Positions 37,579 to 51,203 of a stretch of 64,000 nucleotides of DNA are shown here, piece by piece (within the stretch, counting starts at the first letter, position 1; every line of letters starts with the position of its first letter). This stretch comes from Squalus acanthias. Taxonomy: Eukaryota. Position numbers and translations under genes: made by a program. Location of the stretch: positions 102,116,001 through 102,180,000 of the forward strand of contig CM059432.1 in assembly GCA_030390025.1 (NCBI GenBank), written 5' to 3'. Under the pieces are notes generated by a model, which saw nothing but the letters and a program-made list of their open reading frames with translations, was not told where the DNA came from and did not search any database.

Positions 37579-39926
37579 TTTAGTATTTTGTTTTTTAAAT
37601 TATCTTATTTGTCAATGTAATCAATTGCAGTGACTAAGGAAGCCCTCAATTATCTTGGTGGGGCCCTTTAACTTTTAAATCGTTCCTCCTGGCAGCAGAG
37701 CAATCCTGGACACTCAGGATGCAGTGGATAAACTGTTGCTCGTGGAGCAGCTTCAAAAGAATTTCCTCTGCATTCTACTGAACTTACTCTGGGGAGCTGG
37801 CATTATTCTGGTAGAAAATCCTACTGGTTATCTCTATATTGCAGTTTATATTCTATCTGTAGCCAAGGTACATTTTCATTCTGAGTTTTAGATTTTGGAG
37901 TCAAAAGGGGCCATTTTACAAGTGCATGGCATCAGCAAGACACTTTGCCCACCAGCCTGACATTTTGTAAATTCAGGCACGAATGTTAGTTTCTGTTATG
38001 TGCTGCCAGTGGGTGAAGCTCCCTCCCATCACCACAAACTCAAAATCAGATCAAATGATTTGGATAGCATCTTTTCTTGGAAAATAACTATGTTTATTGG
38101 GCAAGTTTGTGGTTTTAAAAGTTCTGCTCATTGAAAAATTCCTCTTCGCGAAAAGCAATGGAACATCATCCTTTAGATTATGTGTTAAACTGAGGGGCTA
38201 TCTTACTGATCAGCTGGAAGTTAAAGATCTCTTTCCATCATTTGAAAAAGCATAGATTTTCAATTTTTTACAACAGGCTTATTTTTTTAACCATAATAAA
38301 TAACTCACTGACAAAATGTTCGACACCACTTTCCTGTGTAAACAGCCTGTCAGTTTCTGTAAATTGATCACATTCCCTATGATCTGAAACCTGCATCGTT
38401 CATTCTCTGCTGTGCATTTAGCCTATTTAGCATTAAGACTTAATACTATACACTGGAACTTATGCAGGATTCTCAACATCTAGTCCATCTGGAAGATGAA
38501 AACATCAGTCATTAAATCCATTTCATACAGGCTAAAATGACTAAATGAATTTATTTATAATTTGGATGTAATACAACACAAATAGAAATTTATGATAGAT
38601 ACAAACTAGAATGAGTACTTCAGAGTTCAATAAGTGAGTTATACATTTGGGCAGCGGAGCGGTGGAGTGTGCTGGTTGGCTGCCCGTTCTGGGAGCAATG
38701 AGGCTCCTGTCATGTTGAAGCTCTGGTCTCATGTAAATTCGTCAGGCGAGTTGCAGGGTGTCAAACAGGTGTCTCAATGTAGCTCGCCAGAATGAAGCCT
38801 GAAAATCGGGCCGGAGCTTCCGCCAGCAAGTTGCTGGGGGCTCGGGGTTCCAGATTATTTTTGTGGACTCCTACAGGCCCCACAGAAATAATTGAACACT
38901 TACATTTAGAGGGCCTCTCCTCTTCCCTTCCATTGCCCATGGAACTGATTGGAGCCTGCACGGTGACCAGTTCCTAACTAAAATGGCAATCCAGGCCCTA
39001 TTTACGTAATAGGACTCCGATTTCCATATTAAAACGGGGCCTAGCGCCTGAAATAGGGACACACTTTGGACACCCGGCGGTCGGCCCCTTTTAAAATAGA
39101 GCTATCCACATCACCGGTGGTAATGGCTTCAAAATGGGGTTGGTTGCCATAGCGTCCTGTTAATGCCAAGAGAGGGCACTTAAAATTGACTCCCATTTTT
39201 CTCTCGGCTACAGCAAATCCTTGAAACAGCAGAGTCTTTTGTTGTAGTGCATAAACCATCTGCTAACACAGTTCAGTGCACCAGCATTGCAACATCAACT
39301 AAGTAGCTGAGAGATTCTTGTCAAAAGCAATTTCCTTGATGATTGCCCGCAGTAGTCAACTTTGACATGCTGACATAAGACAATTGACAAAATATCTGGT
39401 TAATAAGTTGATAGATGGCATCAATTCTAGAAACAATGCCAATGTAGTGGACAGCCAGATATTTACATGAAACGACAATGAATATTTATGTCAGGCATCC
39501 ATATCAAGTAAGATGACAAGTTTACAATTTGATAAATTTAAATGGAGAGGCTTCTGGAAAAAATATTTAACAGCAAAAGGCAAGTAAGACTATGCTGGGT
39601 GTACACCATCTGGACCACTGCTCCAGAGACACTCCTTGCACCTTCCCACAAATGAGCAACTCTGTTAGCATGGTCTTCTTTAGAGAAAAACAGAGCACGC
39701 ATCACTTCTGATCAAAAGAGGAATTCCACCCCATTAGTGGCAAGAAATTCAAAAATAATTCAGCATTGCTTAGACCGTATTCCATAAGCAACAAAATGGC
39801 AAAACCACTAGTAATCGAAAGTTTTGTCTGTGGCAAGTGTCTATGTGGCAGAGGAAAGTGTCCAATATATCCATAGGGGCCTAATGATTTGAATCATTCA
39901 CTAAAAAGCAATCAGCTATTATTAAT

Positions 39927-40670
39927 GGGCCGAAAATTGATCCCGGGACGCGAGAGTACGCACTGCGTACTCTCGCGTATTCCCACTCCAATTGCCGGTT
40001 TTCTGCATGCCCTGCGCATGCGCTGAAAACCGGCAATTGCTCTTCTGAAAAGGGGGCGGGTCCTCGGTGCATCGCGTGCGCGCTACAGGCTGCGCGCACG
40101 CTGTGCACTTCATGCTTTGGACGCGCAGGTAAGTACTGAAGATTTTGGAAATGTAAAAAGGAGGAGTAAGACCCACTTTTAAGAAGGTAAGTAGTGAATT
40201 AAGTATTTTTTTGAATTTTTTTTAACAGGTATATCTTTTTTAGAGACTTTAAAGACAGGTAAGTTTATTTTTATAACTTTTTAAAAGATTTTAAATTTTT
40301 TCAAAAATTTAATTTTTTATTTAAAATGGTTAATTTAATTAACTATACTTATTTTATTAATGTGATGGGTTTTTTTTTAAATTTAATTGAGGTTTAGCTG
40401 TTATTTTGGGGGGGTGTAAGATTCATAGATTTCACAGCCCTGCTGTGAAACTTATGAATGGAAGATGGTGTGCTGCCATTGGCTCTAACTGAGTCACGTG
40501 ATCCCACAGCTCGCACAAATTCACTACGCCGCTGGGATACGCAAGCACTGCCCAGCTGATCTCTAGAACATGAAGTTCGTGCGAGCTGGATCTGAAAAAG
40601 CACAAGCGAGGTGAGAGATCGCGGGAAAGCCTTACCCCCGCGGGAACAGAGCGAGATCAATTTCTGGGCC
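39927..40670 (+). mobile_element. Harbinger-type MITE family B, copy 3 (diverged subfamily)
   Basis: TIRs GGGCCGAAAATTGATC / GATCAATTTCTGGGCC with flanks AAT / ATT. Collinear with copies 1 and 2. Confidence 0.88.
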
Positions 40671-40829
40671 ATTATGTTTGTAAGAAAGTAGACAATACTG
40701 CAGAGCTTCAAAATGTGCTTTGCATTCATCAGTCATTTTTAGTTTACAACATGCAGCTGTCAATCATACAAATATCCCAGGTCAGAGGAAACAGGAAGGA
40801 AAATTAATGAATTTAACTATTGATACAAT

Positions 40830-43800
40830 GGCCGCAATATTAACTCGGAGGTGCATTGGGAGTGCGCAGGTTCTAATGTCATGTGGGAAATCCGGAAGGA
40901 ATTTCAGCGCGTCAGTTTGTGGCATTTTAACGCAGCCACCTCATTCTCATTTTACTTTCAGGTTTGGCGTCGATTGCGCGGCAGCGGGTGTGAAGAGGAT
41001 CCACATGTCGCGATCTCAACTCCATTATTTAAAGGGCCAAACCAAAGATGGAGGAGTTAAGAGTTTGCGTAAAGAGAGGGAGAAATTTCATGATGGATTC
41101 AGGACAATCAAGGGCTGCACCTCAATTTAACGATGCATCGCTTAATGCACTGCTGGGGGCAGTGAGGAGCGGGAGAGAGATACTCTTCCCCAGCAATGGG
41201 GGGAAGAAACCTGCTGCTGCCACAGTGAAGGCGTGGCTGGAGGTGGCCCAGGAGATTAGCAGCAGGAGTATTGTATCACGCTCTCGGCTTCAGTGCAGGA
41301 AGCGCTTTAATGACCTAAACCGGTCAGCAAAAGGTGAGTACAGTTGCACGTTCACCTACATCCTGCTACGCGCATCACCCACCCTCCCCACTCTGCCTTG
41401 TCAAGCCTACTCCATCACATTACTCCTCACACCTACTTACCTTGCAAGCGCACCCATCCTTCTCTTTCTATGCACTTCCTCGGATCCCTGTCTATCCAAT
41501 CACCACTGCCACTCACCCTCATCCTTATGCAATTTCATGCCTCTCCCTGATAGCCATCCTCATCAAATGCACTTCATCCATCGGGGGAACACATGCTATT
41601 ACATTCACTCATGGTCTGTTCTTTCCCTCGTTGCTGGAGAAGAGAGCACAGAACACAATGGAGAGAGAGTACCGGAGGTGGGCCTCCACAGATCTCACAG
41701 CTAACAATTGCAGAGGAGGAAGTTCTGGAGATCAATAGCGAGGGAGAGAGTAGGACCTCCCAGCTACCTGGTGAAACAATTAAATATTAGCGACCCACAT
41801 GTCATGCAACACTCAGTCATGTTGATTTGAATTCAACAGCGAATGAAGTATGATCATCTTCATAATATAAGTTGCAACATTCTTACCTTGCCAATGCAAA
41901 TTTATAGCTTTTCTCGCATCCCTCAGAGGAGCTGATTCCTTCTGAGGGTGCACGGTCACAGGACGCATGCTTACCATGTGCCAGCTCAGATACTCGCACT
42001 TCAGTGAGACTAGTTCGGCAGTTGGTTGGGTTTTCACCAGGTGACTCACACTTCACAAATGATCAAGAGCAGACGGTGACAGCAGGGACAGCTGTGGAGA
42101 GTTCATGTCAGAGGACACAGCACACTCCAAGTTCTGCGCTGCTGGACACAGATGCTGTACCCCATCGATGAAATGATTGAGGAGCATCAGAGAATGTGTG
42201 ATGTACTGACAGGTCTTCAAAGCACCCTGAACACGATTGCAGAGAAAATGGAGGAGTCTGCCTCAAGCATGAGTGGGTTGATGTTCAGGACATTACAATG
42301 ATGTCTTCTTGCATGGATAGAGTGGCCAACTCCGTGGAACATCAAATGCTCCAATCAAATGAGTCCATGCATGCCTTGACCACGGCCGTGCAGACTCTGG
42401 ATGCTAACATATCTGCCACCTGAAATAAGATGACAGATATCTTAGCCTTGGCCTTACTGCGCCGCAATGTTCTGCATCAAAGTGCTCTCCAGCAGAGTGG
42501 TAGCAATGAATTGCTGCTGGCCCATGAAAGATATGATGGCGAAAGGGGATATGGAAGTGGGAACTCCACTCAGAGGTTGTTGGCCAAGAGCATCTCTGGA
42601 GTCAGAGCAGGGATGTGAGCAGCCTGCCTCTACCTCTGCTGAAGCCACAGGGTTTGCACCACGTAGGAGCAGTAGGAAAAGGAAGAGTAAAGCTTTGCAG
42701 TTGCACAAGAGTATGCAAAACTGTTATGTTGCTAAGTTTCTGTTCTTTGGTAGAATCACATAAATCTTACTATTTTACCCACTTTCCCATCTTGACCGTT
42801 CTTGGTTGCTGGGTGGCATGAATTGACGGGGACCAATGGACCGATGTCAGAAGCACATCTTCCCGCCTCCCCACCCTCATGCCACTGACACAAAGCAGTC
42901 CTGTAAATTACCAACTATCCCTTGCACAGCCCCCCATTGGTCCCCGTCAATTCATGTCTTCCCATTCATCATCAAGCAAGTTAAAAGGCAACTTGCCACC
43001 CAGCAACCAGGTGCAAACCTTGCTGCTGTGCAATGTTGTGCAGAGTGCAGCACACCACAGCCATTCTGGACACCCTGGCTGGTGCGTACTGAAGGGCACT
43101 TCCAGATCTGTCTAGGCACCTGAAGCACATCTTCAGCTTGCCGACGGCTTGTTCAATCACACATCTGGTGGTCATATGGCTGTTGGGCTTCTTTGGTTGG
43201 GTTTCTGACTGGTGTCATCAGCCAAGTTTGAAGTGGGGTATCCCTTGTCTCCTAGCAGCCACCCCTTAAGTGTGCTTCCAGATCCGAAGACGTTAAGGAG
43301 CTTGGACTGTCGCAGGAGGAAAGCATCATGGCAGCTCCTGGGAATCTTGTGCATACCTGCAGAAACATCTTTTTCTGGTTGCATACCAGTTGCACATTGA
43401 TGGAATGGAAGCCCTTGTGGTTGACGAATACTCTTGGTTCATCTGGGGGTGCATGGATTGCCATGTGTATGCAATTGATGATGCCCTGCACCTGTGGGAA
43501 GACAGCCAGAGACGCAAACCCGAGCACCCGCTCATTCTGGCTGGCGTCATTGCAGGCGAAGGTCATATAATTGCCGGCCCTGGCAAACAGCCCATCAGTG
43601 ACCTGTCTTATGCAATTGTGTGCCACTGACTGGGAGATCCTGGATATGTCTCTGGCAGAGCCCTTGAAGGATCCGGAGGGAAAAAGTTGAGGGCGGTGGT
43701 CATTTTGATAGCCACTGGCAACGTGTGAACACCAGGTCCAGCAGAGACCATGTCTTCTAGGAGGCTGCAGATGTCTGCCACCACCTCACGTGACACCCTG

Positions 43801-44832
43801 AGCCTCCTGAACCACAGCTGCTGTGACATGTCAAGGAAGCTCAGCCTCTGCCTTGACACCCTATGTCGTGGTTAGTGCCTTCTGCGTGCTGCAACACTCT
43901 CTGCTGCTCCCCTCTCTGCTGCAACCCTCTCTGCTGCTCCCCTCTCTGCTGCTCCCCTCTCTGCTGCTCCCCTCTCTGCTGCTCCCCTCTCTGCTGCAAC
44001 CCTCTCTGCTGCTCCCCTCTCTGCTGCAACCCTCTCTGCTGCTCCCCTCTCTGCTGCAACCCTCTCTGCTGCTCCCCTCTCTGCTGCAACCCTCTCTGCT
44101 GCTCCCCTCTCTGCTGCTCCCCTCTCTGCTGCTCCCCTCTCTGCTGCTCCCCTCTCTGCTGCAACCCTCTCTGCTGCTCCCCTCTCTGCTGCTCCCCTCT
44201 CTGCTGCAACCCTCTCTGCTGCTCCCCTCTCTGCTGCAACCCTCTCTGCTGCTCCCATCTCTGCTGTCCAGCTGCAGGTCTCTCAACAGCAGGTTGCTGC
44301 TGCTGTTACTGCCGCTGTTAGTGCCGATCATATTGCTCCTCATCCAACGCCCAATCTAAGGCAGCCAAAGCGCCACCCATCCTGATGTAATTCAGAAAAT
44401 CTCCAAAGTGTAGAAAGTAAAGTCTCAGCAAAAATACTGTGAACAAACCCTTTCCCACTAGTAGATAAGAAAGCAGCTGTGAGTACTGAGTATTTATTGA
44501 AGTATTTCCATGAGTTTTAACCAGCCCTCTCAATTGCCGTTGTGTTCTCACCTTGTTTTCACTGGCAAGTTTCAGGAACCCCGGGAAACCCTTGGATGCA
44601 ACATTAAATTTAAACGTTTGTTGAAATATTGCTTCAATTGAGCAATTAGCATATGTTAATATGCAAACCACCTCTCCCGGGAGGTTGCGCACGACCACCC
44701 TAATGCGTCGAGTTAAACTCGGAAGTTGGCAGGTTGGAGCCGGCTTCCCAACGCGCTCACATTTTTGTCGCTTTTAAAACCTCCTCTATCCGCAACCAAA
44801 CCCACGCACTCCTCCATGTTAAAATTCACCCC
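40830..44832. mobile_element. Decayed two-gene Harbinger transposon (Myb/SANT gene on +, transposase on -)
   Basis: Imperfect TIRs GGCCGCAATATTAACTCGGAGG vs reverse complement GGGGTGAATTTTAACATGGAGG, with TSD AAT on both sides. Myb exon about 41090-41333 (RAAPQFNDASLNALL...AWLEVA...QCRKRFNDL, then gtgagt). Frameshifted transposase about 42960-44380 (NHKGFHSINVQLVC, WLLGDKGY, VIEQAVGKLKMCFRCL). Confidence 0.85.
43892..44266. repeat. 15-bp minisatellite, about 25 units, two alternating variants (CTCTCTGCTGCTCCC / CTCTCTGCTGCAACC)
   Basis: Directly visible. Reads ([10 protein letters not shown])n on the minus strand within the transposase N-terminal region. Confidence 0.97.
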
Positions 44833-45934
44833 AATGTGACACCAATATTGACACACGAGTCAACCTAGATAAAACTTACAAACACACACATCTCAACAAA
44901 AAATTCCCATTCACAAAAAAGGAACGATTCATATGCCTTAATATATTTTTTAAGTCCTTTGAGTGGCCATTTTAGTTCCCTACTTTCAGGACCTCATTAA
45001 CGCAGGGGCTTTGTAGGCCTCTGTCCAGGGTCCAAGGCCAAATATGGCGCCCTGAACACAACTCACCATAAACTTAAACACACTATCAAAAACAGATCAA
45101 CTGGTCATTCATCTCCTTTGCTATTTGTGGGATTTTATTGTATACAAAAGAGTTGAGGCTTAACAATAACTACATTTCAAAAATGAATTAATTGCATGTG
45201 AAACGATTTATGAAACCCTGAGTTGCTTGAAAAAATGTTTCTTTGATCTAAAATCATAACTTTTAGTTATTTAAATATGATCAAGTAGCAAACAGATTTA
45301 TTAAAATAAGACAGGGGCATTTTGTTGTAAAGAAATAAATCCATAGGAGGAGCAATTTGAACTGAGACTTTATTGCAACTCGTTACTTGTCTGGCATTAG
45401 TCTGAATAGAAACGGAAAAATCTATGAACTATGCTAAGGAGGCAAGAAATATTTTTCACAAAATTTAGTTTTGAAATTATGTGAATATGTCTGGTTTCCC
45501 GGATAACATTACATTCCCTCAATGACCTACTAAGGAAATTCTATTCTCAGAAACATCGGGGCAAGATTTTTGGGGATCAGCGGGCACGTTTGGTGGCGGG
45601 TCGAGTGGGAAAATATTTTTCTTTGACAGCAGGTCGGGAACCTGCTGTCAACCCACCGCCATGTGGCTTTCCCAAATGTTGGGTCTGTCAGCACTGAACA
45701 GACCCGACACGCAGCGGCAATTGAGCCAATTATTGGCTTGTTTAGAAGCTCTTAACAGTGATATTTTACTCACCTTTTGACTTTACCAGGCCACCCATGG
45801 ATTTCACATTGCTCTTGGACTCTGTCTGTTCATCTGAGGCAGAGGTTAGTGGCCATTGAAGCAGATAATTGGTGACAGCATTAAAACTTGTATAAAACCT
45901 CACAATTTAAACCTGCACACTTTCCAAACCCTTG

Positions 45935-46827
45935 GGGGTAGAAATTAGGTCGCGCCCCATTTGGGGCGCAAATATCGTCTGGACGCAAATATTAGCACCT
46001 GCCGCTAATTATCGGCACTGACTGGAAACTTCACTTTTATCGCCCCTGGAGGTGATTGGAGTGCTAAAGCAGGCGCTGCACACCTGTCTTAAGGCGCAAA
46101 GGCCAAGGAGTGAGGCGCTAACTCAGAGCGCTGGCGAAGCTCATGTAATGTCAGTCAGCAATGGAACACACACACAATGGCATGGGCCAGTTCTTAAAGG
46201 GGATGGTTAATCTTGCTTTCCATCCACATCCTGTTCATTGCAGCCTTGAATCTCGGCCTGGAGAGACTTGCACATCAAATGTGCTGGAAAGAACAATGGA
46301 GAGTACCAGGCAAAGAGCTCAGAGTGCAGCTCCCACAGTCTCTGCTAAATCGATACAAGGAATGGCAAATCAAAATGAACCTGCAAAGTGCTGCTCAGTA
46401 CCCAAAACTCCTTCACACAACGTTGAATCGCTCCAGAAGTCTCTCCCTCTCTCTCTCAGAATGCGTAGTTCAAAAATGCCACCAACAATAAAAGACAGGA
46501 AGAGGCCCCCTTTAAATAGCGCCACCCCCAGCCCCACAGCGATTGATAGCGTTCCAGTCTTCTGGTTGTTGGATGCGCCAGGCGGTAAGGCAGGGGGCGC
46601 CACTCAATTTCCGCTCCGGGGCGCCACAAGGGCGTTGCACCATGGAATGACGTCACAATCTGCGCGCGCAGGTGGTCGCAGCGGTAAGTTTTAGCGCCGC
46701 CGCACAATCTCAAGTTAAGTTCTCGAGCGGCGCAAACATCGCTGCGCCCGGGCGTTAGCGGCTTTGCGCCCCATTAGCGCCCTCTTAAGGCGCTAACGGG
46801 AGGTGCAACCAACTGAATTTTTACCCC
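45935..46827 (+). mobile_element. 893-bp non-autonomous Harbinger element, copy 2
   Basis: TIRs GGGGTAGAAATT / AATTTTTACCCC with TSD TTG on both sides. Same length and deletion junction as 4300-5192. Confidence 0.93.
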
Positions 46828-47465
46828 TTGTGCTTTATGCAGTCTGCAAGTCTTTGTAGCAAACTCTCCAGCCAGGCTCACCTCATTGCAGCAATCTCTC
46901 TCACCTTTGACAGAGTGCTTCTGTCATCTCACCTTCAACTGCTATCTACTCCATCAGGATGGGAACCATTTACACTCTGTCACCTTCGCCCTCAGAATCT
47001 GACCACGATGAACCCCAATACTAGCATCACCAGGCACACCAGCAGCACCAACAACAACATCAACCTTCTCCGCAATCAACTGGTGCTGCACAGGACACAG
47101 GGCATCAGCATCTGACCACATTGCTGCCTGGGACACCAGGGATGGTCTCACCATGGCCAGATTTACTTAACTTTATGCTGTACACCCTGGTTGCCACATG
47201 ATGCGCGAGGTTGGCACCACCCCACACCATAAAGCATCCCTACAATGTCCAAGCCATTCCTTTCACATTCATAACTATTGTGGGGGGTACCGTTATGTCT
47301 CACCATGCACTGCAACTCACTAAGCACTTTCAAAGGTGCACACAGATCTGTCCAAGAATGCAAAGTGTTGAAAATAAAGGTTTCAATGTTTGACACCATA
47401 TTAACAGAAACTTTACATGAACATTGGCTAAAACACCCAAGTAACTACCCTTGTATGTTGGACGA

Positions 47466-47590
47466 TAGCAAAATACTGCGGATGCTGGAAATCCAAAATA
47501 ACAACAGAAAACGCTGGAAAAACTCAGCAGGCCAGGCAGCATCAGTGGAGAGAGAAACAGAGTTAACGTTTCAGGTCGAAGACCTTTCGT
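47466..47590 (-). mobile_element. Penelope-like terminal fragment
   Basis: GCAAAATACTGCGGATGCTGGAAATC...GAGAGAGAAACAGAGTTAACGTTTCAGGTCG, same as 12590-12720. Confidence 0.75.
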
Positions 47591-49383
47591 ATGTTGTTAG
47601 TTGGTATGATTAGACTAGGATGAGGGTGAGTGTGAGGGGTGGCTAGTGAGATGGGGAAGTGGTAATGTAGATAGAGAGGGATGGGATGGGTGGAGGTGCA
47701 AGGTAAGTTGGTGTGAGTAAAGATGTGCAGGAGTAGGGTAGGGAAGGCAGAGTGATGGGGATGTGATGGGTGGCACAGCAGGATGAGGTTGAGTGTGGCT
47801 TTGCAGTAACGTTTCGCGATCTACTGAGATCATTGAAAGGTTTGCGCCACTGCAGCCAGGGACTCATGACAACATCCCTGCTTGTGCCCTCCTGTGCAAT
47901 GTGCAACCAGGCTGCGTTGATCTCCTGGAGAAGTCTCTTCCACCCATGGGAAGGGAAGAGGACCTCCCTGCGTGCTGCGACTCCCTGCATAAGCATATGG
48001 AGGGAGTCATGGGAGAGCCTCGGTGCAGCCGTGCACCTCTGTGCAGTGCTTGTCAGTGTTTGCAGCACCTCAATGCTGTAGAACACTGACAGCACAACTG
48101 TCAAAATCAATTTGCGCATGGTCCCTTTAAGGAAACTGGCTGATGACGCGTCATCAAATGACGTCATCAGACTCGCATCCTTCAATTGGCCAGCAAACAC
48201 GCTGGGCGGGCTTAACAAGCCCAATCAGGGTAAAATCATTCTATACAACGGGCTGGAGGCAGCAGCGGGGTCGGGACCCCCCACCGACGTCACCTGCCAC
48301 AGACACGCCGAGGTAGGGGAAATCGCGGCCATCATGTTTCAAAGCCATGAATTCCTGTGATTTGTTTGGTTTGCTGTTAGATACAGAAAAAAGCATGCTT
48401 GTTTTACCTCCTTCGTCTGTTAACAACGTGGACATAGAGCGTCATATCGAGTTTGCATTTATTGCAAATCAGTCATTGATACATGCTCTTCAATATTTTG
48501 GAAGTCATCTTCTTTCCTTGTATGTATTGAATCTCTGAGCCACATTATCACTTTTGATCTTGGTTTATCAGGTACAGAGGGGGTGACTGTATAAATTTCC
48601 ACTTGAAGTCAAATGATCAAAAAAATACCTTTCAGTGTCCAAAACCTTTGATTTCAATAAGTTAATGAACTTCATCCTCATTATATTAAGTTAATTTAAT
48701 TGCTTTTCCACAAACAGTGTTGCTGTGAATGATGCAAACCTGAAGATTCAGCCTGTGTTATGGCACAGCAGTGGATTATACAGTTATCATATTGGTGAAA
48801 ACCTGCAGTCCCTCAGACAACATTGAGCTACTGAAGCTCACAATTTTGTCGCAATCTATTTATTAGCAGCTCTAAAAAACATTTCACTCCATTTTCCTCT
48901 GGTAGTCCAGCATCTCAGTAACATATTTAATCAGCTCTACACCACCCAGCATCGAACACATTGAAGCTTCATTATAGTGATATGCAAAAGCAAGGAATAC
49001 AGTATGAAATAAGTAATGGAAAAAGACTATGGGGGAGAAATTCAGTATCGCCCCGTTTGGGGCGTGATTATTGGCCGGGCGCAAAGTTTAGCGCCTGGCG
49101 CTAATTATTGCCTCCGACTGCAAACTTGGCTTTTATCACCCCTGGAGGTGATTGGAGCGCTAAATCAGGCGCTGCACACCTGTCTTAAGGCGCAAAGGCC
49201 GAGGAGCGAGGCGCTAACTCAGAGCGCGGGCACAGCGAAGGTGATGTCAGTTAGCGATGGAACACAGACACACTGGCGCTGGACAGTTCTTAAAAGGGAG
49301 GGTCGATCTTGCCACACCCTGCTCATTGGCGCCTTGAATCTCAGCCTGGAGAGACCTGTGACTACATTTTCCAGCCAAGGACT

Positions 49384-51203
49384 ATAGAGAGGGTGAGAGA
49401 ACGAGCTCAGCGCTTCAGCGACCGGGCCTTGAAGGCTCTGGTTGGCGTGGTGGAGCGCAGAAGATCTATACTCTTCCCTGAGAGTGGCAGGAGGCCTTTG
49501 CCATGCGACTACAGAAGAGTGTGGAGGGAGGTGGCTCAGCACATCTCCTCCAGGAGCATGGTGACCAGGACCCATATACAATGTCGCAAAAAGTTCAACG
49601 ACCTCACTCGGGTCGTCAGGGTGAGTGGCTTTTTTTCAATACCTCTCCATCCCTCCATCTCAACCTCACTCTATGGCCAGAGAGTCTTAAAACCCCAATG
49701 CCCAACACTCATCCAACACCTATGGCCCTCTCATGAAACACACACGCACACTCCACACTTTGCATATAGTAAGGGCTATTCAACTATGGGAGGCACATCA
49801 GGCAAGACCATGGCTGCTTACATTAACGGCTATTCAATTATGGCAGGCACATCAGGCAAGACCATGGCTGTATATTTACTCAGACGCCATCCTTTTTCTT
49901 GCAGGCCAAGCTATCTCATAATAGGAGACAGCAGCAACGGACGGGTGGAGGGCGGCCTCAGCTGCAGCCCCTCAGCAATCTTGAGGAGCGCGTCCACAGG
50001 ATTGTGGCAAGCCAGGTGATCGGTCCCGTCGCCCCTGGAGAGGCCGACCCCGTTCTGGACAGCAATGGTAAGGTCATCACCTTTTTCTCCTCTCTCATTC
50101 CACTTGTCCCTCACAACACCAGCCTTTGACACTTTCAATCCAACTTACTAAATCGCTGCACTCCTTCTTCCCTTACTGCCCCCCTGTCCTCACGCTAAAG
50201 CCACTCTTGTACCTCCCTGCTTTCAGATGGTGATTCACCAGCTGAGGAGACGGGCCCTCAAGCTGCCAGTGGGAGCGAAGCCGCAGGCGAGGAGGAAGAG
50301 GAAGCCAGAGCCTCAGCGCCACCCTCTCCCGAGGAAGCCCATGGCCACACTGGGAACACGTCTTCCCTGGAGGGGAGCAGGGGGGAAGGGTCTGATGAGG
50401 GTGAAGCTCCGGGACCCAGCGGGCTGCAGCAACGCAATGGGGGTAGGGAAGCTCAGGGCCCTTATCCCCGGAGGGAGAGTAGGCCAGTGAGTCCTGCTGC
50501 ACTGGACGCAGAGGAGGAGCGGCACATCGCTGAAATGAACACCCAGGCGGTGGACATGCACACTCAGCTCATGGGTGCAGTGGGAAGGGTGCCCGAATGC
50601 ATTGATGCACTGGCAAGGAGTGTGGAGCACTTCACTGTAGCACAGGCGGATGCCACGCTAAAGCTTAGTGCTGCAATTCAGTCACTGGCTGCCGTGATCC
50701 CATCTCTGACTGCTCTCATGCAGTCTCAGATTGAGGCCACGCAAGCACTGACTGCTGCCATTGTCGCTGGTTCGGACACATTTCCCCGGGGCTCTCACCG
50801 TGCCGCAGCAGACCAGCAATCTGTGCTCCAGCAGATTGTTCCGGATGCTGATGTACTGCCCCGTGGGAGTGCCAGTGTGTCGGTCAAGCAGGGAGTTGCT
50901 GTCCTCTCTCAAGATGACAGCATTCCTGCTGCCACCACTGTCACTTCCCCATTGCACTTGCCACCGCCTGTAGCCCAGACTGCTGCCGCCCATGCAGAGT
51001 TGGTGCAGTCTGCAGCCGGGCCCTCCAGGCCCAGAGCTGGTCGAGGCCGTCCTTCAAGGGCATCTGCAGTCTCAGGTTCTGACAATCAGCAGCCTTCCAC
51101 TAGCCTTGCTGCAGCCACTGGAGCCCCATTACGGAGGAGCAGTAGGGTGGGAAGGGGGGAAGTGCGCAAGGGAAGGAGATCACACTCGAAGGGCAAAAAG
51201 TAG
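49384..51203 (+). CDS. Harbinger Myb/SANT-like DNA-binding protein, 3 exons (49384-49620, 49905-50067, 50227-51203), about 458 aa; start codon appears mutated (ATA)
   Basis: RAQRFSDRALKALV...WREVAQ...QCRKKFNDL then gtgagt. Exon 2 follows ttgcag and reads AKLSHNRRQQQRTGGG, ending at gtaagg. Exon 3 follows tttcag and is acidic, then coiled-coil-like, then basic. The spliced frame has no stops. MITE copies have ATG at the equivalent codon. Confidence 0.85.

Larger units (their letters stand above)
45558..48330 (-). mobile_element. Probable decayed Harbinger element hosting the 893-bp MITE
   Basis: Minus-strand Myb exon AAPRLSHDSLHML...RREVLFP...AWLHIAQ...QWRKPFNDL at about 47810-48050. Weak TIRs, with ATC on both flanks. 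Boundaries tentative. Confidence 0.5.

Noticed and set aside
38640..39195. GC-rich block with TIR-like end (similar blocks at about 21820-22890, 25490-26090, 55570-56340 and 58230-58615)
   Set aside because: Probably older non-autonomous DNA transposons, but I could not pair TIRs and TSDs with confidence.
43892..44266. CRISPR-like array
   Set aside because: Head-to-tail units with no unique spacers, in a eukaryotic context.
43823..44359. Cys-rich (CCSPL)n, Leu-rich (LLPSL)n and other repeat ORFs that resemble keratin-associated or antifreeze proteins
   Set aside because: They are by-products of a stop-free 15-bp minisatellite inside a transposon.
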